DNA from: Eledone cirrhosa
Taxonomy: Eukaryota
Reading direction: 5' to 3'
NCBI GenBank assembly: GCA_964016885.1
Contig: OZ024741.1
Coordinates: 30,566,001 to 30,630,000 of the forward strand
DNA length: 64,000 nucleotides
In this document: positions 15,858 to 29,809 of the stretch, one piece after another
Position numbering within the stretch: position 1 is the first letter of the stretch
How the letters are laid out: every line of letters begins with the position of its first letter
Notes under the pieces: model-generated
What the model saw: the letters and a program-made list of their open reading frames with translations, nothing else
Databases searched by the model: none
Told to the model about the DNA's origin: nothing
Position numbers and translations under genes: made by a program

Positions 15858-17790
15858 TATATATATGTATATATATATATATGTGTGTGTGTGTGTATGT
15901 ATATTTATATATATACATAATCACACCCACACAAAGAATTGCTAAATGATTAGCTAACTTTGTAAAATCATACATATGTCTTTATACTGTAAAATATTAA
16001 GAAAATCCTTCAAAAATCTGATAAAATTAGTAGCATATCCACCATGTATGTCGAAAGCCTGTTTACTATCTTCACAATGATTGGAAAAATAAATATAAGC
16101 GTGTATAAACTATATATATACATCTAATTTCCTATTAGCTTGTTCATAAAATATCCTCTACATACAGACGGAATGTGTGGCTATCGGTTCCCCCTTTGGC
16201 TTACCTTAGCTTATTTCTACATGTTTAAATTGGAGAAATTAGTTGTTTCCAAACACAGTCTTCCCATCTTTAACTGGCATGTTGACAATATAGTTGTTGA
16301 GAGAGAAGCTGAAGACAGATTGATGACATTCAATATGTTCTCAAGTATAATTTCATCTTGACATGTACAATCCATCAGTGAAGCAATGCAAGTTTGGTCG
16401 AATTACTACGTTTCTCTTGCACTTAAACTACACATAAGATTTCTATTTACACGAATCACGTAAAAGCACAACATTATTGGATACTCTCTCAGACACAAAA
16501 CATATTTGATTAAATCCTGCCTTAAACGCGGTTTTTTTAAATTTCTATCACCTAAAAACGATTTAGATAAGGTAATCCCACCTTTAAAATAACGACTGTT
16601 TAATGATTATTCGAATGTATTAGTAGGCAATGACAGAAAACAAAATGTGATCAAATGCTTACACTAATATAATAGATGCTGTACCATGAAAAGATACACA
16701 AACCATACAGATCGTATAATACCACAGGCATAAAATGCACTCTGGTTATAGAACGGACCACCAACATATCATTAAAAAAATTATTTGACTAAACACAATA
16801 TCCTTCGCGATTAATCACAATCTCATATGTATGTTATACTACATATGTATACTAAAAGATGAGAAAAATACCCATTTAAAAGATAACCACATATCCTGGT
16901 AAACTGCAGACGTGTTGCAAGTAACTGATGTGGTAGACAAGTTTCAAAGCAAGCAACAGTTCTCAACTACTTGTCCAACTTTTTACTTCTGTCTCATATT
17001 ATATAAATATTTATGTTTGTTAAAGGACTGTTTTGGGCCATATATGATCTTCCTCTCTTTCAATGTTTGTGCTTGCCTATGTTTGTATGTTTATAAATAT
17101 TTATGAATATGTGTATGTATGAATGTTTGTATGTATGTGTGTATGCGTGTATTTCAAAATTAGTTTTGGTGAATTAGTTCTAAATATATTTACCCTGTCA
17201 GAAAATAGTTTTTAATGATTGATTAGCGACAGAGAGTATGGCGAATATGTTATGAAACTCGGTCTATACCTAGCAAGGAAAAGCTGACACATAAGAAAAT
17301 ACGAACAGAATAACACATTATTCAATTTCAGATGCCATGCAATATTTTACACTGTTCTCGTAACAAACTACAAGAATATTTCAAGAAAGTTATACGTTTG
17401 GACTTGCGTTTGATCTGAGTTTATGCCTAAGTCTCCAACTTTCCATTTAAGAAGGTTATGAAGGTATGCACATATAGACAATTTACTGTAACATTTAAGC
17501 ACGTTATACTTTTAATGTCTAGATGTAGAAATGATAGTTTGTATGCGGCATATATATATATATATTCTCAGATTTGATCAGTTATCCACGTTAACTCTAA
17601 CTCTCTTAATAATGGAGTAATTTTGCTATGAAAGTAGACACAGCAAAAATAAGAAAGTATAGAAGTAATTAGAGAAGACACACGCGCACAAACACACACA
17701 CTCACAAACGCACACATATATATATATGTATATATTTTTACACACACACATACCTACACCTATACATACGCTAAACTATATACATACATG

Positions 17791-17838
<48 letters not shown>

Positions 17839-17842
<4 letters not shown>

Positions 17843-19298
17843 GCATCCGATACCTTTTTCGCCCCAACTCTTCTGCTCTGAGCCGGTGCTACAGTAAAGC
17901 CAGAGTCCTGGTGTTTCTCCAGTGCAAGGCGCATACAATAGTCCACTACAATGACAAAAAGGTAGGGAGCCAATGTATCTCCCTGGAGCACTCCAGCCAC
18001 TATCTCAAAGAACTCTGTCATCCCATCAGGTGCAATGACTTGGGCTTTGGTGTTGGTGTAGAGCAGTGATATCAGGTCCACTATCCTCTTGGGGATTCCA
18101 TAAGCCTGTAAGATCTTCATCAGGCAGTAACGGTTCACAGAATCAAAGGCCTTCCTAAAGTCAATGAAAACCATGACCGCAGGAAGGCACTTTGCTCTAG
18201 CTCCCTCTAATATCCTCCTCAGCATCAGGATGTGACAGGTGGTTGATCTACCCTCTCTGAAGCCGTTCTGGTTGTCCCTGAGCTTCTTCTCCATCTCAGG
18301 CTGGATCCTGTTAAGAATCATCCTGTTGAGGGTCTTTGCCACAAGTGACGTCAGTGAGATCCCCCGGTAGTTGTTGGTGTTAGAGAGATCTCCCTTCTTT
18401 GGCACTGGGACGATGTTACTGATCCTCCACGGATTCGGGGCAACTCCTTTCTCCAGTGCCCCGTTACAGAACCCCAGGATGATATCATCAAAATCACACC
18501 TCTTCATCACCTCTGATGCCACTCCATCTTCTCCATGAGCCTTGCCCTCCAACATAGTTTTGGTGACACATACAGTGAAGGAAGCAGAGGATATGATGCG
18601 GGAGGTTGAGACTGTGTCGATGAGTGTGGGGCTGAGAATGAATGAGACTAAAACAAAATATCTGGTAGAGAATGTTGAGAAGCCAGAGGGGATCACTAAT
18701 GTAGGCGGGAAGCCGCTGGAATTGGTTGAGGACTTCCTGTATTTGGGAGCAAAGATTAGGAATACGGAAGATGATGTGGTTGAGAGGAAGAGCAAGGCCT
18801 GGGCGGCGTGTCACAGCTTGAGATCGGTGTGGAAGTCGGACCTTCGTAGAGACCTGAAAATCCGCCTCTTCATTGCTGTAGTGGAGTCTGTGCTGCTGTA
18901 TGGGTCTGAGACTTGGACACTGACCAAGAGACTCACTCAGATGGTGGATGGGTGCTACACGAGAATGCTGAGGATGGCTCTGAACATTAATCAGTATACA
19001 CTGAGGATGAAAAACTCAGAGCTGTATGGGAGCATCCCAAAAGTCAGTTCAAAAGTGACACAGAGGAGACTGAGGTTGGCTGGACATGCTCACTGACATC
19101 CAGAGTTGGCATTGCACTCAGCGCTCCTTTGGGAGCCCCTACATGGACACACTAGAAGAGGAAGACCAAGGTTAACATATGTTTATGCCCTAAGGACAGA
19201 CACTGGTCTGTTGGAGATGCAGGATATGGCAGCAATAATGAGGGACAGAGACCGCTGGAGAGAACTCTTCCATGGATCTCGGGAATTTTACCCGCCTT

Positions 19299-19300
<2 letters not shown>
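17839..19300. mobile_element. RTE-clade LINE, 5'-truncated with 5' inversion, in (TA)n
   Basis: Minus 17839-18550 has RT motifs NYRGISL, QNGFR, FIDFRKAFDSV, GVLQGDTLAPYLF. Plus 18551-19300 continues IVL...FLYLG...VLLYGSETW...RRLRLAGH. Confidence 0.9.
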
Positions 19301-19334
<34 letters not shown>

Positions 19335-19649
19335 CAAATATGAACAGGAGAAATTAAGAAACTTTCAGAAAATTTTCCTGGATACAAGTAATATATACAT
19401 ACATTATACATACATAATATATACATGCATTATACATACATACATACATACATAAATATACAAACATACATAAACACATAAATACATAAATACATATTTA
19501 TACACATATACACACATACACATATACACACATACATACACACATACATAAATACATACACATATACATACATACATACATACATACATACATACATACA
19601 TACATACATACATACATACATACATACATACATTACACACTGCAAGACA

Positions 19650-20040
19650 CATGTCCATAAACTTGGATAGTTTCTGTTCACAGTGGCAAATGAGAAAAAA
19701 TATGTAATACAATTATAATGATGTTAACATTTTCTATTAATTTGTCAGCTTCTTCCTTTACATTAACTTCCACAGCAGTGGGGAGAAGACGACTAACTCA
19801 CACCAGCACACAATTATTACCATATATAATCTTTTCAAGAAAGTCACTGCCACCAATATATTTACAAAACTCCTTGATCTGTATCTCTACATAACATCGA
19901 GTGGTCTCCCTCATTAGCAATCTATTATGACGGGATGTGTCATAGAAAATTAAGCGCCTTTTCATCGTGATGTTGGGATTAACACTTAGCTACAAAAATG
20001 CAGGCTTCATTGTCATAAAATGATGGACTTCGCATACAAT
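19650..20040 (-). pseudogene. Possible decayed hAT (Buster-like) transposase fragment
   Basis: Only a weak peptide cue (VNRNYPSLWTCV) and no intact frame. Confidence 0.2.
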
Positions 20041-20203
20041 ACAACATATGTTCAGTAATACAGACGTTCATGTGTATCTGTGTGAAAATATGTATATAAT
20101 TAAATGTATGTATCTATGTATCTATCTATGCATGTATGTATGTATGTGTGTATATGTGTATGTATATATGTATGAATGTGAGAATGAATGTATGTATGTA
20201 TTT

Positions 20204-20304
<101 letters not shown>

Positions 20305-20516
20305 GAGAGAGAGAGAGAGAGTGAGAGAATGAGAGATAGAGAGAGAGAGATCACAGCGCCGAGTGGTGTCCGCTTGTGTTCAGTAAGCCTTTTCAAGAGT
20401 ACTCCCATGACTAGTAGTCTCCATTGACTCAGCACCGAAAACATGTATATAAGAGTCAGCACCCCGACGGCTGAGCTCCAGCCGCTTCGACAGCTAGATC
20501 CGAACTCATATACACA

Positions 20517-20562
<46 letters not shown>

Positions 20563-20586
20563 TATACATATATGTGTATATGTGTA

Positions 20587-20642
<56 letters not shown>

Positions 20643-20660
20643 TGTGTATATATACATATA

Positions 20661-20719
<59 letters not shown>

Positions 20720-20865
20720 GTATGTATATATGAGTTTGAACCTAGCTGTCGAAACGGCCGGCCCTCAGCCGTCGGAGACCTGACTTTTTTCATATATATA
20801 AATGTACATATGTATGAATAAAATTAGTCCTTCATCAGTGATCTTCCAACTTTCATTGGTATTTC

Positions 20866-20941
<76 letters not shown>

Positions 20942-21132
20942 GATAGTTCTTTCGTTACTTTGGTATTGTGTGGTTAGGTTTTGCCTACCGCAATGTTCAA
21001 TTTGTCAAGCTATTTAAACGTGTGTTATTACTGTAAGGACCTACCCTTATTGAGTGCTTTGCTAACTCATTCCTATTGTAGGTCGACTTTGCTTGCCCAC
21101 AGCCAAAGCTTCGATTTTACTAAGCTTCCACT

Positions 21133-21193
<61 letters not shown>

Positions 21194-21235
21194 AGAAAAC
21201 ATAATTCAATTGCATGAACTCATAATCCTTTATTT

Positions 21236-21291
21236 ACTGCTATATATATTTCGATGACAGCTATTGGATGGCTATGACCTCATCAGGCAGT
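21236..21291 (-). ncRNA. Type I hammerhead ribozyme motif
   Basis: actgc CTGATGA ggtcatagc-catccaata-gctgtcatc GAAA tatata TA gcagt. Perfect helix I and palindromic helix III. Confidence 0.75.
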
Positions 21292-21605
21292 TAGTCAGTT
21301 CTTAGATATGTCAGCTCTGTGTTTATGGTGTTGATGGTTTTAGAGCCTTGGCACATATATATATTATATGATTATAATGGTATTTGACTTGTGGAGTTAA
21401 ATATTGATCGTTTATTATAGCATGCGTCAACTATTAGCGGTTTGCAATATTCTCGGGAATTATCCGGGTATTTAAAGTTATATTCCAGCTTGATTGACGT
21501 CAGGAAACAACGTAATATGATGGTTGGGATTCAGACATATTTACAATAATGTTCGATGCGAAAGCATAAGGACAATTACGCGCCTAAAATATATATCGTA
21601 CATTC

Positions 21606-21656
<51 letters not shown>

Positions 21657-22420
21657 ACGAATTTGTGCATCTGCTGTGGTGTCAAAAACAAACGCGCATG
21701 ACCGCACAGATAAACAATGGACCACGCCACGTGGCTTGAACCCGTAAGTGAATTGAAGGTTCTGCAACTCTGATACACAGATTATTTATTATTAAGATGT
21801 ATAAACTTGACATAACTATTATCATCTTATATTCTCTCAACTAATCACACTTGATCATATTTCTCTATCCCGTTTTCTCCTCCCATAATTATTATATTTT
21901 TTATTATTATTTGAAAAAATCGGTTTTTTTACATTGTGTTTTCCCCTCCAAATATTCGCTTATATTTCTTTATATATTCTCTATATATTTTTTTATCTTT
22001 ATTATTTCCACTTTTATCCTCCTCTATATTTTACCTTATTCTTACTTGTATACCTTATTATAGTGTAATCTTCCCCATGCCTTATTATACACTATTAATT
22101 ATAGATTATTATTATTACTCTTTTTCCATTTCTAATTACCTCATGTACTTTCTCCTCCGCTATATATATATATATATTGTATGCCCTTTGTGTTTGTGTA
22201 GCCTCTGCGCACCCTCTGCACCATACTATCGACGCCACCCCATCTATGGTTCAGCTAACCACCCGACTCCCGGGAATGAACATGACCGCAGCTAGTAAAC
22301 CAGGACCCCCGCACCAAAATTAGACTTATCGTCCCCTACTTTAGCTCTTTACTCTCTTTACTCTTTGTTCTTGAATGTTTGGTTGGTAGAGTCCATAACA
22401 CCAATCAAACCCCTTTTATA

Positions 22421-22465
22421 GCTCTGACGAATCCTACGGTTACGTAAGGAAGAAATATTGTAGGC
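22421..22465 (+). ncRNA. Degenerate hammerhead motif
   Basis: gct CTGACGA a tcctacg-gtta-cgtaagga a GAAA tattg TA ggc. Helix I is weak. Confidence 0.5.
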
Positions 22466-22807
22466 CAATAAAAATCTGTTGATGTTGTAGACGCTCTTGT
22501 GTTCTTTTTCATATATATATATATGTAGATCCCGGGTTAAATTGGTGATAACCACAGTAACTAAGGTACTATGGAGGTGCGTATATACATTTTAATTTAT
22601 ATTTTAAATTATTGTGTGTCTACCAACCTTCCATAGATTATAGACTCCATACACTGGTGGTTTTCCCTATTTTATTGATGGCACACTATCTCTCCATAGT
22701 GTGTTACCTTTTCAACATATTGTATTTGAAAGAGCTCAGGATTCCTTTTCCTTTGAGCACTTTATTGACAGGGAATAACGAGTCTATGGCTCCGTTAATT
22801 TATCGTG

Positions 22808-23054
<247 letters not shown>

Positions 23055-23165
23055 TATATATATGTATATAAATATATATATATGTATATATATACATATA
23101 TATATATACATATATATATATATACATATATATATACATATCGTACATATATATATATATATATT

Positions 23166-23209
<44 letters not shown>

Positions 23210-23394
23210 TATATATATGTATATAAATATATATATATGTATATATATACATATATATATATATACATATATATATATACATATATATATACATATCGTA
23301 TATATATATATATATATTTATATATACATATATATATACATATCGTACATATATATATATATATATTTATATATACATATATATATATATCGTG

Positions 23395-23451
<57 letters not shown>

Positions 23452-23452
23452 T

Positions 23453-23484
<32 letters not shown>

Positions 23485-23488
23485 CGTG

Positions 23489-23527
<39 letters not shown>

Positions 23528-23544
23528 TATACATACATACATAC

Positions 23545-23704
<160 letters not shown>

Positions 23705-23917
23705 TATATATATATATATATAGGAACGAGTAGGACCCCGACGGCTGAGCTCAAGACGTTTCGACGGCTAATTTTTTTTTAGTCCAGATTTAGCCGTCGA
23801 AACGGCTTGAACTCAGCCGTCGGGGTCCTACTCGTTCCTATTACCCACTCTACTACCCTAAGTATTGAGCACTTTGGTGCGTTATGGTCCATGTGGTTCC
23901 TTACCACATTTCCTTCG

Positions 23918-23956
<39 letters not shown>

Positions 23957-23975
23957 CATATATATATATATCGTG

Positions 23976-24017
<42 letters not shown>

Positions 24018-24021
<4 letters not shown>

Positions 24022-25295
24022 AATGAATATATGAGAGGGATGTACACTGATACAAGTATACATGTGTTCGAATTGCAAATGACCAAGTTAGCTAGGTTGA
24101 AAAATACTAATTTACAATAATACGGTTTGCCTGTCTGGATTTAAAATATTAAATCAATAAAAATAACAAACCTATATTGGCTATGGCCGTGATACCCGGA
24201 CACATTCTAAATTTGTTTCGCAACAATTATTAAGTGAAAGTCACTATTTCTGTGCTCTTCTGCGGGTATCCAGAAATTGGTATATTTCACTTCAAAATAC
24301 TTAAGAAGACTGAGACATATGTGTTGTTGAACGCACATGTCTCACAGCGTCTAACCCGTCTCATACTCGTGCCGCTAAAAATAGCAGGCGGTTTTATGGG
24401 ACTAAAATTAGCTCTACGTACGGAGCCGAGAATATTATATATTGAGTTATCAACTCGAAATAGTCTATTACAATTAAATAGCTCAAAGAAGGGTATATTT
24501 CCGAGCCGTGTAATACAAATGAATATATGATAGGGATGAACACTGAAACAAGTATACATGTGTTCGCATTGCAAATAACCAAGTTATCTAGGTTGAAAAT
24601 TACTAATTTAAAATAATACGTATTATTTTAAATTTAATAATACGTATTATTTTAAATTTAATAATACGTATTATTTTAAATTTAATAATACGTATTCTTT
24701 TTAATTTAAATTCATTTGTATTACACGGCTCGGAAATATTCCTTTCTTTGAGCTATTTAATTGTAAAAGACTATTTCAAGTTTATAACTCAATATATAAT
24801 ATTCTCGGCTCCATACGTAGAGCTAATTTTAGTTCCATAAAACTGCCTGCTATTTTTAGCGGCACGAGTATGAGACGGGTTAGCCGCTGTGACACATGCG
24901 CGTTCAACAACACATATCTCTCAGTCTTCTTAAGTATTTTGAAGTGAAATATACCAATTTCTGGATACCCGGATGAGCACAGAAATAGTGACTTTCACTT
25001 AATAATTGTTGCGAAACAAATTTAGAATTTGTCCGGGTATCACGGCCATTGCCAATATAGGTTTGTTATTTTAATTTATTTATTATTTTAAATCCAGACA
25101 GGCAAACTGTATTATTTTAGATTAGTATTTTTCAACCTAGCTAACTTGGTTATTTGCAATTCGAACACATGTATACTTGTATCAGTGTACATCCCTCTCA
25201 TATATTCATTTGTATTACACGGCTCGGAAAGATTCCCTTCTTTGAGCTATTTAATTGTAAAAGACTATTTCGAGTTAATAACTCGATATATAATA
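24018..25295. repeat. 496-bp unit: ~1.2 copies, then ~1.2 inverted copies, around an AT-rich stutter
   Basis: tacaaatgaatatatga at 24018 and 24514. 24710-25295 is the reverse complement. (TA)n flanks. Confidence 0.88.
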
Positions 25296-25597
25296 TATAT
25301 ATATGCATAAGTCAGAATGGAAGCAGTAAAAACCAGTTAGACCATTACTTACCAGAATACTGGTTACTTGGTGTAGTAGGGTGGGTAATATGAAAAAATT
25401 GTGATGTCGACGGCTGAGATCCTGAGCTAAGGATCTAGCTGTCGAAATGGCCGGAACTCAGCCATTGGGGTCCTGACTCTTTTCCTGTACATATATATAT
25501 ATGTGCGCGTGTGTGTGGGTGTGTGGGTATGTGTGTGTGTGTGGGGGGGTCTGTGTGTGTTTATGTGTGTGTGTGTGTTTGTGTGTGTGGTGTGCGT

Positions 25598-25650
<53 letters not shown>

Positions 25651-25668
25651 CTAAATTAATATGGACAT

Positions 25669-28053
25669 TAGGCATATTCCTAATGTACACTTTTGTTAAA
25701 AAAATAAATGAGCATGCCATTTTCAGATGAACTTTTACTACAATATACTTGTGAGCATGTTAAAAAATAAAATTTTAAAAAACTCTTGCAGAAGGTAGAT
25801 TCTTTAACATTGATTAACTAATATAAAATTGGATATACAATACACGTGTGTATGTAATAAAAAAATATAGTGTGCAATTTAACAGTTTATAAAATATAGT
25901 ATTCTTCTTCAAATTGTTTAATGGATCAACTTTATTGCCTGTTCATCACTTATTTGTCAGTTTAATCTGTTCATAAAATTCATAAAATACATAAATAGAA
26001 TAATTTAAAATTTGCGAGGTATATTTATTAATATATTTTAATATTTATAATTATATTATATTAATATTATAAATTTCAGATGTATAAAAATCCAGTTGCT
26101 AAAGAGGAAAGTAAAAAGATTTGGGCACAAAATATTTGTCATTTTTAGAAGAGAAAGAAATCTAGGAAAACGAAAATTCAAAGTTCATTAATCGAATTAT
26201 GCAAGCTACCTACTGAGCAACAGATCGTTGATAGATATATCACTCTTGCTGCTGAAGAGAAAAATACCAAAAAAAGAATTAAGATAATTACTAGAGAATG
26301 TGAAAGTTTATGGGAAAAGTTCAGCTATCCAACTATCAACAAACTTTCAATACCTCGAAAAATTGAAAAAATAATTTAAAAAAAAGGAAAAAGAAGTGAA
26401 AAGACCTGGCTCTGCGAATTTCAATAATCTGTTTGACATTACAAAAAGATATGGGATATGGTTAGCAGCTGAAGATTTGTCATTTTATGAAAATCAAGTT
26501 GAGAGTTGTGGAAAGGTTGGGTATACTACAATGAAAATAGACAGTGAAAAGAAAATCCATCCTTCTAAGAGAATTAAAAACAAAAAAAAAGAACTAGATC
26601 ATGATAAGCCAACCTGCTCATACATTCATCTGAACTCAAATGAAAGTTACAGTGACACCGATACAAATACCAGTGATTACAAACCTTCACCTTCACCAGA
26701 AAAAAAAAACCAAAAAGAGAAAACACCGCTCATGCTGTTAACCTAGTAAGAAATAATAAATTACCTAGTAGAAAAGCAGCAGCAGTTTGCAACGAATTTA
26801 AAAGTGGTGGTATTAAGGTGCGCACCCCGAGTCAGTCGGCAGTGCACAGAGCAGTTATCAGAGAAGGTGAGAAACTCATGGAAAAGTGGAAAAATGAACT
26901 CAAAAGGGAAAAATGGAGCCTTCGTTTTGATGGAAAACGAATGAAAGACGTAGAATATCAGGTTGTAGTGATAAAAAATGATGAGAAATAAATACGCCTG
27001 AGGCCGATGGCATTAACCGATGGAAAAGCTCTTACTATATTTAATGGATTGAAAGAAGTTATTGACAAATATGAACTGTGGGAATCTATCGTGATGATAG
27101 TCTCCGACACAACTAGTGTCAATACCGGCAAAAAGGCAGGAGTTGTTGCTATGCTGAACAGTGAGTTCGCGTGTCGCGGTTACAGCAAGCCATTATATGT
27201 TGGATGCCAGCACCACATTTTAGACCATGCATTGAAAGTTTAGTTTGATCAACTATATAGTAGCAAAACAACTTCGCCATATATCAATTAATACTTTGTT
27301 GAGGCCATTTTAAAGAACTATGACGACTGAAGCAGAACTTTTCAAATGGAATGACGGAAATTAATGAAACCCCGACGCGCTGGAGAAGTGACATGGATTT
27401 CCTTCGGCATCTCATGATAGCCGTGCAACATTTCTTTGAAACGGTGCGTTTCTTAAAATAAATTTTGAGAAATTACCTAATTTGCACAATGCTCGTTGGA
27501 ATAGCCGAGCAATTTATTTGTTGCTTGGGTTTATTTTGATGCCTGATGAACGAGCGAATGTGCGCGCTGGTGCCGAATACATCTGCGGAATATGGGGAAA
27601 AATGTGGTTCTCAAGTCAACTGTATAAAGCTGACAGCAAGCAGAAACTCATTGACCAACTATTTAAGGCCAAGTGTGAAAAGGCTGCAAACACCGTCAGA
27701 AAACTTTGGTCTAATGAAGAATCTCCAATTGTGACGCAACGCTCGAACATTTGCGCTGAGCGAGCTGTAAAAGTTCTGCAGGACCTTTTGCCATTTTGTA
27801 AAAGTAGTAGAACCTTAGAGATTAAATTTTGTTTAACTAATAATTAAAATAATTTTTTTATTTTCATAATTTATTGTTTTAGGTATTCATTTTATGGGAC
27901 TGGCTAATTACCAAAAGATTAAAAATATAATTTAGTATGTGTAAGAATTTTTTTCAAAATTTACAAAAAAACTACTGAAATTCTTTCTTTATGACAAAAA
28001 CCTCATTAGAAAATAGCATGCTCATATGGGGTTGTAAAAAAGTCATATTCCTA
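25669..28053 (+). mobile_element. hAT-superfamily DNA transposon (probably hATm-type)
   Basis: 8-bp TSD ATGGACAT (25661-68 and 28054-61), TIR TAGG(C/A)ATAT and subterminal inverted atgagcatgcYattttc. Confidence 0.85.
26080..27847 (+). pseudogene. DDE transposase pseudogene
   Basis: Motifs FDGK, SDTTSVNTG, CQHH, ARWNSRAIY, NICAERAVK across several frameshifts and stops. Confidence 0.85.
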
Positions 28054-28424
28054 ATGGACATTCTCTCCTGCTAACCTAAAAGTCTTTTCCCTTTCATCCT
28101 CTTCCCAAAATCTATCTTTCTATCTCAACTTTCTATCTTCTGATGAAAGAAAACTCTCTGAAACATAAGTATATTCTTTCCTTACTATATCAACGGATTA
28201 TCATACTCTCATAGACCCCCCCATATATATATGCATATATATATATATTTATATATATAATGTTGTTATACTTTGAGAGGGTCATGTTGCCAATAAGAAA
28301 CACACGCACCAGTTGCTTCACTTCAATTTATTATATATTTATAAAGTTATAAATTTACAATTCTACAAACTTATAAATTTCTGGTTGGTTGGTTGGTTCC
28401 ACAACCAGATAGTTGTTTATATAT

Positions 28425-28469
28425 AGTCATAGTCCTTTCGTCACACACTCTGTGACCTCTTCAGTGACT
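28425..28469 (-). ncRNA. Minimal hammerhead ribozyme (mirror of 29011-29055)
   Basis: Exact reverse complement of 29011-29055. Confidence 0.82.
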
Positions 28470-29010
28470 GGGGATTCCTTACTTTGTTTCTGTGCCTTTC
28501 CTTTCTTCTATCCTACGCCATTTTGTTTCTGTGTGTGTGTTGTGATAGAACACAGAGGTAGATTAGAGAACATAGAAATAAAAATAGAATCCACACACAG
28601 AAAAGATGCAATGTTTAGGCAAATTACAGAGGCAGTAAGCATAAAATAATTACAACCAAAATTAAATAGAAAATATGAGTGGAACAGCAACATCACAACT
28701 TACAATTAAGGACAAAATGAAAACACACACAGGACAAAATGAAAACACACACACACATAGAACAAACAACTTACAATTAAGGACAAAATGAAAACACACA
28801 CAGGACAAAATGAAAACACACACACACATAGAACAAACAACCAACCAACAATAAATAAATACATAAATAAACAAATAGATAAATGAACACAAACACACAC
28901 AGACACCCGGATGTGGCGCATGCGCAAACTGAGCACACAACACACACACATAAACAAAATGGCGTAGGATAGAAGAAAGGAAAGGCAGAGAAACAAAGAG
29001 AGGAATCCCC

Positions 29011-29055
29011 AGTCACTGAAGAGGTCACAGAGTGTGTGACGAAAGGACTATGACT
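29011..29055 (+). ncRNA. Minimal type I hammerhead ribozyme
   Basis: agtca CTGAAGA g gtcaca-gagtg-tgtgac GAAA ggac TA tgact. Helices I and II are perfect. Confidence 0.82.
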
Positions 29056-29289
29056 ATATATAAACAACTATCTGGTTGTGGAACCAACCAACCAACCAGA
29101 AATTTATAAGTTTGAGGATTTGTAAATTTATAAATTTATAAATATATAATAAATTGAAGTGAAAGCAAATGGTGCGTGTGTTTCTTATTGGCAACATGAC
29201 CCTCCCAAAGTATAACAATATCGGTTTCAACACACGATTTCAGATAAAGAATCTTGCTAAACAAATTCAGAAACGAAATATATATATAA

Positions 29290-29775
29290 TCTAAAACGAA
29301 AAATCAGTGATGCATCTGAACTCAATACCCACACATTAAGGAGAACATATAAACATATAAACATATAAACATACGCATATATTCATCCAGAGAGGCACGT
29401 ATATACATAGACACATGCCCACAGGCCTATATTCATAAACACGCACACACATGCTCATACACATCCATACGCGTATGCATACACGTACACACAAACACGT
29501 ACAGACATGTATGTAGACCCTACTCCACCCACGCACAAACACATATATACACACGTACCCATATATACACGCATAGATACACACTCGCTCGTAAACACGC
29601 ATATATATACACACACAAACAAGCCCTTTTCCTAGAGGGGTGCTTGTACACACACACACACAGGCCCATATACACTCCCACAAATATGCGCATATTCCCA
29701 TACATACCCACGCACACATAAAAAAATATATATAAAAAAATAATAATAATATTATAAAATAAATATCTATATATC

Positions 29776-29809
<34 letters not shown>

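Larger units (their letters stand above)
28263..29279. mobile_element. Fold-back PLE fragment (GIY-YIG C-terminus + inverted terminal repeats)
   Basis: 28263-28540 is the reverse complement of ~28940-29219. 28545-28708 encodes the GIY-YIG tail. (TA)n flanks. Confidence 0.88.

Noticed and set aside
16100-17500. Possible host exons in non-repetitive-looking sequence
   Set aside because: Only short ORFs with no recognisable motifs or consistent splice structure.
24340-24410. Twister-like motif on the minus strand (taa-aacc-gcc...ggtt-aga)
   Set aside because: P4 and the pseudoknot pairings could not be assigned. Needs a covariance search.
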